Below, piece by piece: positions 7,984 through 15,331 of a DNA stretch of 15,331 nucleotides. The position numbers and the translations under genes are program-made. Each line of letters opens with the position of its first letter. Position 1 is the stretch's first letter. The notes below the pieces were generated by a model that saw only the letters and a list, made by a program, of their open reading frames with translations, made no database searches and was not told the DNA's origin. Location of the stretch: the NCBI GenBank assembly GCA_964426185.1, contig CAYRPF010000075.1, positions 1-15,331 of the forward strand, written 5' to 3'. This DNA is from an uncultured archaeon. Lineage in GTDB: Archaea; Asgardarchaeota; Lokiarchaeia; Sigyniarchaeales; Promethearchaeaceae.

Positions 7984-9834
7984 TTAGTCAATTCCTAATT
8001 CAGATAATTTTCCCGCAGTGGGTACACCTCTTTCATCCCAACCGCGCAGCTTATAGTATTCCTTCAACATATCATCAAGTTTGAACACTTCTCCCTTTGA
8101 AGGTCCTTCTGGAAGGGGTTCTTCAGACAACCGCTTGGGTAGAAAGTCTTGAGCAACTACACCCAACTTTTCCATAATTACCCGTTGGAGATTGTAAATT
8201 CGTTCACCTACATTTAATACGGTTTCAGCACTAATATTCCAGCCAGTTACAGCAGTCATTAAGGCAGCAAAATCATCCGCTCCCAAGGCAAACGTTGTAA
8301 ATAGGCAGTTCACCGTACTATTCACTGCTGCGGTAAAATCTTGGAATATCTTCACCCATGTTGGCTTAACTCCATAATCTAAACGGTCTATCTGTTCTGG
8401 AAGACCGATTACCTCAGGGGATACAGTATAACCAGTAACATGGCATCCTCCACGATTAGCGGTGGCATAATTTAGTCCGATACCCTTTACTCCTCGGGGG
8501 TCATAGGCAGGCATTTCTAATTTTTTGGCAGTCATACTTAGTTCTGGGTGGCCGTAAGAATTAGCCAAATGATGCGAGCCCATAATCAATTTTTTACCGA
8601 ATCCTTCTCCTTTGCCCATCAGTTTAATGGCATCCACCAACCCTTGACTACTACCGAATTTTAAATCTAATCCTTCGTAATCTGAGGGAGGAATATAACC
8701 TTTCTCTGCTAATTCCATTGCAGCCGCCACTGTAGATCCCGCAGAAATGGTATCAATTCCGTATTCATCGCAGTAATGATTTGCCATAATAACGGCAGGC
8801 ATATCATATACCCCACAACTACTTCCGAAAGCCCAAATACTTTCATATTCAGGACCTTCAGTTTCTGCAATTTTAAATGGACCTTCATCTACCTTAGTTG
8901 CTCGACCGCAAGCGATTGAACAACCCCAGCACGGATGACGTTTGCGTAGATATTTTTCAGTAAGTGTTTCTCCACTAATTTGCTCTGCTTTTTCGCTATA
9001 AGAAAATTGCCAGTTATTTACAGGTAATGAGCCAATATTATTAACTACATTTACTAGAACGGCTGTCCCATATGTTGGAAGACCGGTTCCGCAGACTGGA
9101 TTCTCCTTCATCTTGGCTAAAGTTGATTTAGAGAGCTCTTTGAATTTTTCTGGATCTGCAGTTTCAACTTTCAAAGTTCCACCAGTAACAATTGCTTTCA
9201 ACTTTTTCGAGCCCATTACTGCACCTACTCCTGTTCTTCCGGCAGCTCGATGTGCATCATTCATGATGCCTGCAATTGGGGCTAATTTTTCACCTGGAGG
9301 TCCAATGCATGCTACACTAATTTTATGTCCTACATCTTGGTATTGTTTCTTTAATTGTTCATCCGTTTCAAAAACGGTTTTTCCCCATAAATTCCCCGCA
9401 TCTTTGATAGTTACTGTTCCATTCAAAGCTTCTAAATAAACCGGACCATCAGCTTTTCCTTCAATTACTAGCATGTCGATACCTGCTTTTTTAAGTAAAG
9501 CACCGAATTCACCTCCTGAATTAGCTGATCCAATAGAACCTGTTAGAGGTGATTTTAACATCATCACATGATGTCGACCAGGACTGGGGAAACCTGTGAT
9601 TCCCGTTCCCGGTCCAGTTCCTATCACCAGCAAGTTATCCGGTGAAAAAGCGTCAAATTCTTTCAAATTAACTCCTGCAGCTTCTAATTTTTTAACTTGA
9701 TCCCAGAGAATTTTGGTTCCAAGTCCTGCTCCACCCCAATATTCTTGATAAGTTTTTAGAGGGATTTCCATTAGAGTTGCAGTTCGATCCGAAAGATTAA
9801 CTCGTATTACTTTCCCCATTAATCCATTTCCCAT
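7984..9834 (-). CDS. aor: Tungsten-containing aldehyde:ferredoxin oxidoreductase
   Basis: KSPLTG, SANSGGEFG, AAGRTGVGAVMGSKKLKAI, CWGCSIAC, EGPEYES, DEYGIDTIS, PAYDPRG, NRGGCH, YYKLRGWD; AGGTG SD upstream. Confidence 0.95.
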   Translation of the reverse strand: MGNGLMGKVIRVNLSDRTATLMEIPLKTYQEYWGGAGLGTKILWDQVKKLEAAGVNLKEFDAFSPDNLLVIGTGPGTGITGFPSPGRHHVMMLKSPLTGSIGSANSGGEFGALLKKAGIDMLVIEGKADGPVYLEALNGTVTIKDAGNLWGKTVFETDEQLKKQYQDVGHKISVACIGPPGEKLAPIAGIMNDAHRAAGRTGVGAVMGSKKLKAIVTGGTLKVETADPEKFKELSKSTLAKMKENPVCGTGLPTYGTAVLVNVVNNIGSLPVNNWQFSYSEKAEQISGETLTEKYLRKRHPCWGCSIACGRATKVDEGPFKIAETEGPEYESIWAFGSSCGVYDMPAVIMANHYCDEYGIDTISAGSTVAAAMELAEKGYIPPSDYEGLDLKFGSSQGLVDAIKLMGKGEGFGKKLIMGSHHLANSYGHPELSMTAKKLEMPAYDPRGVKGIGLNYATANRGGCHVTGYTVSPEVIGLPEQIDRLDYGVKPTWVKIFQDFTAAVNSTVNCLFTTFALGADDFAALMTAVTGWNISAETVLNVGERIYNLQRVIMEKLGVVAQDFLPKRLSEEPLPEGPSKGEVFKLDDMLKEYYKLRGWDERGVPTAGKLSELGID

Positions 9835-10143
9835 TTTTCAACACCTTTAATTTTGTGGAATATTCATCGTGCTTCATTTTGTATCCTAAATTCAAAATAT
9901 CACGATATCATACGCCAATGTTAATTGATCTATGTGACTAAAAAGTTTTTTCCTTTACCGTTATGTATTATGAAACATATCGAATAAATATTAAAGGAAT
10001 TGCTTCGAAAGGGAGAATTGATAAAAAAGAATTACTAAGAAGCATAATTTATGAAATTAAATAGAAACGTATTAATCAATCGTGATTTTATGACCTAAGA
10101 ACAAACATTGAGCTGCAATTTTCACACAACACGCTTGTGTATA

Positions 10144-10335
10144 ATGCCAGACGTGTTGATATCCGTGGAATTGCCCAGGTGGTTACCGAAAGAAATTAGG
10201 GAAATCATGGGAGAACACTTTATTTATAGGTTAGCATGGTTAGGGATGACTCAAGAAACTGAGTTGGAATTGAATGAATTTCTTGGAATGTGCTCAAAAC
10301 ATCTATATCTCCGATATTTATATGCAAATGCATGA
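10144..10335 (+). CDS. Small hypothetical protein (63 aa from ATG 10144)
   Basis: Protein-like composition and higher GC than the flanks; no motif; could be spurious. Confidence 0.35.
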   Translation: MPDVLISVELPRWLPKEIREIMGEHFIYRLAWLGMTQETELELNEFLGMCSKHLYLRYLYANA

Positions 10336-10489
10336 AAAAGTAGTGAATGTTATAAAATGATCTTATCTACAACAAATAAATAAAAGATAAGGGTTCAATT
10401 ACATAGTGAATGAAGTGAATGATGTATAAAATTTATTGCAATTAATATAATTCTTTAAATGAGATTTAGGATTATTTCAAATAATTAAG

Positions 10490-11404
10490 ATGGATTTTGA
10501 AACAGGCCAGTTTCTAAATAAAATACCTTATGCTAAAGCGGGTTCAGGTGAAAAAACTATCGTAATTTTTCCACCGACTCATCATTTATTGTGGAATGTT
10601 ACCGTGGATGCAGAAGAACAAGTTAACGGATATAAGCATTTTATTCCTGATAGATTTACCTATTATATTTTAGGGTATGATCCCAATTTACCTAAGGATC
10701 ATACTAGTGAACAAATTGCTGCTGATTTTGCCCAAATTATTCGAGAATATATTGGACCATCAATAATTATGGCTGTTTCATTTGGAGGTTCGGTGGCTAT
10801 TCCATTTGCTGCACTTTATCCAGAATTAACTGAAAAATTGATTCTTCTAGTTTCAACTTATGGTTCCTCTGGAGAAGGGGTAAAATTGGCAAAAGAATTA
10901 ATAAAATTAGCAGAAGAAGGCAAAACTTTCACTTTACAGAAAGAAATTAATCAATTATATTCCAATAGAGTACTTCGACTTTTATTTGATTTGAAAACGT
11001 GGAAAAATTGGCCAAAAATGGAAAGAACTATGAATCCCGTTTCAACTTTTATTAATGCATATAATCATCTACTTGAAACAGCCGAAGAGCGAAAAAAGTA
11101 TCTTCCTATGATTCAATCACCAACATTAATAATTGGGGGAACCAAAGATCAATTCACATCTGAAGAATACTACCGAACTACCGCAGAATTGATTCCTAAC
11201 GCGCACTTAGAATTATTTGAAGGGAAAACACATACAGTAGCTGTAGAGAAATTATTTGAAATTAGGAACATCATCGAAAGCTTTTTAGAGGTGGATAAGG
11301 AAGAAAAGGCAATTTGGAGTAAAATCTTAACAAGAACTCACGAAAAACTCGTGGCAATTAAGCAGAGTGCCAAAATGAAGGTTTTAAAGAAGAAAAGCAA
11401 TTAA
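10490..11404 (+). CDS. Alpha/beta hydrolase fold protein
   Basis: Nucleophile elbow AVSFGG, PTLIIGGTKD (acid) and GKTH (His) catalytic triad pattern. Confidence 0.85.
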   Translation: MDFETGQFLNKIPYAKAGSGEKTIVIFPPTHHLLWNVTVDAEEQVNGYKHFIPDRFTYYILGYDPNLPKDHTSEQIAADFAQIIREYIGPSIIMAVSFGGSVAIPFAALYPELTEKLILLVSTYGSSGEGVKLAKELIKLAEEGKTFTLQKEINQLYSNRVLRLLFDLKTWKNWPKMERTMNPVSTFINAYNHLLETAEERKKYLPMIQSPTLIIGGTKDQFTSEEYYRTTAELIPNAHLELFEGKTHTVAVEKLFEIRNIIESFLEVDKEEKAIWSKILTRTHEKLVAIKQSAKMKVLKKKSN

Positions 11405-11532
11405 TGGTTTTTGTATAATAGAAAGTATTTCATTACCCAATTATGGGTAATTAAAAATCAGAATCGGGTAAGTTTATATATTCTTTAGAACTGTTTTTCT
11501 TGTCTGTAAAACTTATTCAAGGACTGATTTTT

Positions 11533-12216
11533 ATGCTAGAACAATTAAATCAATCAAAAAACGAAGAAAATTCAATAGATGATTCCACTGAACGTAAAAC
11601 AAAGGAAATGTCAAATAGAACTTTGAACTTGGAAATTGCAGGAGCAGCTATTTTCAGCGCATTATCAATTGCTTTATCCTATACCGCAACATTCATTCCA
11701 AGGATACCAGGATGGTACATAGCGTGGTTCGATCCTGTTTCTCTCATCTGGATTGCCGCATTTCTAATTTTCGGTTTTAGAGCTGGACTTATCACAGCTA
11801 TTATAGGAACGATCGGATTGGCACCATTTGACCCTACGATATGGATTGGACCCGTGATGAAATTTTTGAGTACTATTTGGTTTATTGTAATTCCTTATTA
11901 CTGGATGCGGTTGCAGCGTAAATCTTTAACTCACGAGAATTTAAAAGTGCCTAAAAATTATTTCCCACCAATGATTATTGCTTGGATTTTGCGAGTGATA
12001 CTAATGGTGTTTTTAAATATAGTCATTTTGAAATACATGTTTAATGTTTTAGATTATATGACTTTGGGATGGTTGGGATTTAATGCAACAACTGGTGTCA
12101 TCGCTGTGGTTGTTACTGTAATATTCATCAATACCTTACAAACGCTATTTGATGTTTTGCTGCCCTATTTTGTGGTTTTTAAAACACCCATTCAAAAAAC
12201 TCTTTCTGTATATTAA
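11533..12216 (+). CDS. ECF transporter S component (substrate unknown)
   Basis: About six hydrophobic segments; AIFSALS and FDPVSLIWIAAFLIFGFRAG patterns typical of S components. Start uncertain (11500 TTG, 11533 ATG or 11608 ATG). Confidence 0.7.
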   Translation: MLEQLNQSKNEENSIDDSTERKTKEMSNRTLNLEIAGAAIFSALSIALSYTATFIPRIPGWYIAWFDPVSLIWIAAFLIFGFRAGLITAIIGTIGLAPFDPTIWIGPVMKFLSTIWFIVIPYYWMRLQRKSLTHENLKVPKNYFPPMIIAWILRVILMVFLNIVILKYMFNVLDYMTLGWLGFNATTGVIAVVVTVIFINTLQTLFDVLLPYFVVFKTPIQKTLSVY

Positions 12217-12288
12217 AATCCAACAGAAAAATTTTCTGTTTTTTCCATTAATCTATTACTATCACGTATATACTAAACTGATAAAATT

Positions 12289-12528
12289 ATGAAAGAAATA
12301 TCGATTCGAGATGCAGGTATGAAGAATTTACTAGCAAACATGATCTGTTGTGCGAAATGCCCGGTAGTTCAATCAATATATTTAACCGAAGTTAATACCG
12401 TGAAAGTGAAATGCTGTTATGCTGATTCTATCGAATTTCCGTTAAAAAATGGAATAACGATTCAATGCCCATTTAACAAATTACGAAATTGCAATCCAAA
12501 TTTTGTTATAATGGGTGAATTTAAGTAA
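12289..12528 (+). CDS. Small Cys-rich hypothetical protein (79 aa)
   Basis: ATG start, co-oriented between two real genes; 7 Cys (CCAKCP, KCCY, QCPF, NCNP). Confidence 0.55.
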   Translation: MKEISIRDAGMKNLLANMICCAKCPVVQSIYLTEVNTVKVKCCYADSIEFPLKNGITIQCPFNKLRNCNPNFVIMGEFK

Positions 12529-12563
12529 AAATTTATGAAATCCGAAGATATAATATATTACAG

Positions 12564-13508
12564 ATGTCAAATTCATTTAATCCACTTGGAATTCCCCATA
12601 TTAGAGTAAAAACGGGTTATCCCACTTCTAAGGCTATTATTCGACATCCAGATTTAATACCCTATTTGAAAACGCGTTATCCACCGCGTATTGATAATGA
12701 AAATCGTGATTTTCTTTTCCGATATAATAAATACATCGCACAAGACTTATTCGGATTGAATCTTCAGTTTGCACCTTCTGGAATAATACCCACTCCTGTT
12801 CTTCGCTATAATTTTCTCAAATACGCGCTTCATCCCCGCGATATTCCTTATTCCGATAAGAATCTCTCAAATCTTAAAAACACCTCAAATCTTGAAAACA
12901 CCTCAAATCTTGAAAATTCAGAGTCTAACGCTGGAAGATCGAAAATTGTGTTAGATATTGGAACAGGGGCCAGCGCAATTCTTGCCTTACTCGCAGCAAA
13001 ATGTTTCAATTACCGAGTTTACGCCACTGAAATTGATCCCGAATATATATCTATTGCGCAAAAGAATATCTTTAATAATAGCTTACAGAAAAAAATCACC
13101 TTACTTCCCTCATCAGGCGGAATTATTGATTCTGTGATTCCTTCTGATTTAAAAATAGATTTTGTTATTTCCAATCCTCCATATTATAACAAAATCTTAT
13201 CACCAAAATTAATTTGGGGTGGGAAATCGCATGAATTGATCAGTAAGGGAAATGCAGGTGAAGAGTTTATTTTACACATGATTACAGAAGGCTGGCCACA
13301 TCTAAAACCTGGAGGTATCTTAGCATTTTTAATTCCAAAAACCCGAACAGATACGTTAATTGCCGTAGAAGAATTTTTGAAAGAAGGAGAATATGACTAC
13401 GAAATAATTGGGCTATTAGTGGGAAACAGAACGCGCTATGTTTTCCGAGTTTTTAAAGAAAATACTTATATTGACGAGACTCAAATGCGGTCTGAAATGT
13501 TGGATTAG
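12564..13508 (+). CDS. RlmF-related / METTL16-family N6-adenine RNA methyltransferase
   Basis: IIPTPVLRYNF, SAM motif VLDIGTGASAI, ATEID, catalytic SNPPYY, GEEFILHMITE, GNRTRY. Confidence 0.8.
   Translation: MSNSFNPLGIPHIRVKTGYPTSKAIIRHPDLIPYLKTRYPPRIDNENRDFLFRYNKYIAQDLFGLNLQFAPSGIIPTPVLRYNFLKYALHPRDIPYSDKNLSNLKNTSNLENTSNLENSESNAGRSKIVLDIGTGASAILALLAAKCFNYRVYATEIDPEYISIAQKNIFNNSLQKKITLLPSSGGIIDSVIPSDLKIDFVISNPPYYNKILSPKLIWGGKSHELISKGNAGEEFILHMITEGWPHLKPGGILAFLIPKTRTDTLIAVEEFLKEGEYDYEIIGLLVGNRTRYVFRVFKENTYIDETQMRSEMLD
12866..12919 (+). repeat. In-frame 18-bp tandem repeat x3 (CTCAAATCTTRAAAAYWC)
   Basis: Units 12866..12883, 12884..12901, 12902..12919 encode SNLKNT/SNLENT/SNLENS. Confidence 0.9.
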
Positions 13509-13543
13509 GAATTTCTGGGTTTGGTAAATCTTTCATATTTTTA

Positions 13544-13960
13544 ATGGAACCTCAAATTTCTAACACACATCAAAAGATAAATGCAAAATTATGCGGGGAA
13601 ATTCTTGAAATCAAGAATGAACGTTGTCGAATCGGATTAATATTGGCACCCGAGATGGCTGTAGATGATTATAAATTAGTCCACGGGGGATTTATCTTTG
13701 GATTAGCAGATTATGCAGCAATGGTCGCAATTAACCATCCGAATGTTGTTTTGGGAAGCGCAAATGTGAAGTTTCTAAAACCCGCCTTGGTGGGGGATTA
13801 TCTGATTGCAGAAGCCATAAATGTTCAAAAGGTGGGGAAAAAGAGGATAGTTGAGGTTAGAATAAAAAGAGGCGGAGAAGAAATATTTCACGGGGAATTT
13901 ATTTGCTTTACTCCAGCAAAACATGTGTGTGAATCTGTAAATAATCTAAAAGAGAATTAA
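13544..13960 (+). CDS. PaaI-family hotdog-fold thioesterase
   Basis: VHGGFIFGLADYAA motif and VKFLKPALVGD. Confidence 0.88.
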   Translation: MEPQISNTHQKINAKLCGEILEIKNERCRIGLILAPEMAVDDYKLVHGGFIFGLADYAAMVAINHPNVVLGSANVKFLKPALVGDYLIAEAINVQKVGKKRIVEVRIKRGGEEIFHGEFICFTPAKHVCESVNNLKEN

Positions 13961-13995
13961 AAAGATTTGGCAAATTCAAAAATGTGCTGAAAAAA

Positions 13996-14463
13996 TTAAT
14001 TAGGACTTATATTGTCAAGATCTGATAAATCTAATCCTAAATCCATATCATCAGGCATTTCACTGAGAAATTCATCCAGTATACTGCGCAACTCCTCACC
14101 AGAACGCTTCAATACCAAACGAATCAATCCTAGATTAACATCTACATCTGAGATCAAACATAAAACGCCCCGTAATCCTGTGGCACAGGCGAATATTTTA
14201 CCTTGATCAAATTCACTAGTAACTATTTGTAAAGCGCCCAGTTCAAGATTACGCCCTTGTTCTTCTGATGCACAAAATACTGCAGATGCAATAGCTCCTA
14301 TTCCATCTGCATCAACGGGAATATATGAAAATTTTGAAACGTGAGCGATGGTTAAACCGGTCCGATCAACTAGAATTACTTTTTTGATGCCAGATTCGGA
14401 TTTAATAATTTTTGAGAGGATATCATTGAAAGATTTTGTAGATAATGACATAATATTTACCAT
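13996..14463 (-). CDS. Roadblock/LC7 (MglB/LAMTOR-like) domain protein
   Basis: GIKKVILVDRTGLTIA, IGAIASAVF, LELGALQIVTSEFDQGKI, VNLGLIRL; acidic C-terminal tail. Confidence 0.88.
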   Translation of the reverse strand: MVNIMSLSTKSFNDILSKIIKSESGIKKVILVDRTGLTIAHVSKFSYIPVDADGIGAIASAVFCASEEQGRNLELGALQIVTSEFDQGKIFACATGLRGVLCLISDVDVNLGLIRLVLKRSGEELRSILDEFLSEMPDDMDLGLDLSDLDNISPN

Positions 14464-14566
14464 CAGATTGTGTTAATTTATATGAATATTCAATATTACT
14501 TATTTACTAGGATCATGTTTAAAGTATAAATAATTTTGGCTCACTTCGAATGAGCCTTTGTATTAT

Positions 14567-14617
14567 GTTAAGCTGTGATTACTTAAAAGAAATAGGGTTA
14601 AGCTGTGATTACTTAAA
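14567..14617. repeat. Two identical 21-bp direct repeats (GTTAAGCTGTGATTACTTAAA), period 30 bp, each containing TTAAG-N9-CTTAA
   Basis: Copies at 14567..14587 and 14597..14617, upstream of the Roadblock gene. Confidence 0.85.
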
Positions 14618-15007
14618 TCAATATTGCCATGCAGAAATAGTTGAAACATTTCATAAGTATCATAATCTAATTATGCGGTTTTTTCCTCAGTTTTTTTGGG
14701 AGATTTCAGATGATTTGATAATCCTAATGAAGTTAATTTTGATGGGTTGTATAATAAAAAGATCATTTGATCATATAATTCGTCATTGAAGATTAAACCG
14801 TATCCACTCATTTTGATTATAGATCTAATGAAAATTCACAAATATAAATTGACCCCTTAGAAGTTATGAACGAATTTCAAAAAAAAGTGGATTTCCCCCC
14901 ATTGGGTTAATAACATTTACCGATTAGTAATAAAAAAATTATTGATAAATGTATCCTTCTGATAATAAATCGAAAACCATTATATATTACTCAATTCTCT
15001 TATATCA

Positions 15008-15331
15008 TCATTTAACATGGAATAGATCGGCGAATCGTATAAAAACTACGACTGGTAGCAATAATTGGAAAATTCCTTTTCCAAGTTGTGTAATTGTATA
15101 AGAAACACGAACAGGTGTGCCAGTATGAACTTTGCGCTCAATGATTTGAAATTTTTCAAGTTCTTTCAATCGCTTTGATAAAGTGCCAGGATTTATATAA
15201 GGGAGATTTTCTTTAATTTGGTTGAAATATTGAAATTGCATTCCATTCAGAAGAAAAATTAAATCCAAAGTATATTTTCCTTGAAGCATTTCCAAGCCTG
15301 GACGCAATTCTTGGAGTTCATTTTGGAGATG
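15008..15331 (-). CDS. HxlR-family winged helix transcriptional regulator (5' end probably outside the window)
   Basis: LQGKYTLDLI, FNQIKENLPYINPGTLSKRLKELE, PVRVSYTITQLG; the frame stays open to the window edge (HLQNELQELRPG...). Confidence 0.85.
   Translation of the reverse strand, partial: HLQNELQELRPGLEMLQGKYTLDLIFLLNGMQFQYFNQIKENLPYINPGTLSKRLKELEKFQIIERKVHTGTPVRVSYTITQLGKGIFQLLLPVVVFIRFADLFHVK

Noticed and set aside
9113-9439. 108-aa plus-strand ORF
   Set aside because: Antisense shadow of aor.
9897-9908. ATATC-AC-GATAT palindrome upstream of aor
   Set aside because: Short, AT-rich and noticed only once; cannot be distinguished from chance.
14012-14206. 64-aa plus-strand ORF
   Set aside because: Antisense to the Roadblock gene.
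14567-14617. Mini CRISPR array
   Set aside because: Only two repeats, a 9-bp spacer and no cas genes.
14550-14789. 79-aa ORF with a repeated LSCDYL
   Set aside because: The peptide repeat simply reflects the 21-bp DNA repeat; no other coding support, though not fully excluded.

Overview
Low-GC archaeal window. Gene content (Roadblock/LC7 protein, archaeal-type Asd, tungsten AOR, UPF0280) suggests an Asgard/Lokiarchaeia-like genome; this is inference. The left half holds a tightly coupled minus-strand operon: asd, aspartate kinase, L-aspartate-semialdehyde sulfurtransferase (MA1821/MJ0100, COG1900) and a 2x[4Fe-4S] ferredoxin. It converges on a UPF0280/ApbE-like (COG2122) gene, giving an apparently complete sulfide-dependent Asp-to-homocysteine route. 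Upstream on the same strand lies an AOR, radical SAM maturase and MoaD/SAMP cluster. The key observation is in the gap between moaD and asd: an unannotated 48-codon ORF (5999..6145, minus) with 9 Met codons. All 9 ATG triplets in that stretch are in one frame, and it overlaps GC-rich, mutually exclusive RNA helices that pair better on the minus strand. It is a candidate methionine-sensing leader-peptide (attenuator/uORF) control system in an archaeon. The right half has an alpha/beta hydrolase, an ECF S-component, a small Cys-rich protein, an RlmF/METTL16-like methyltransferase, a PaaI thioesterase, a Roadblock protein, a tandem palindromic operator-like repeat and a partial HxlR regulator.
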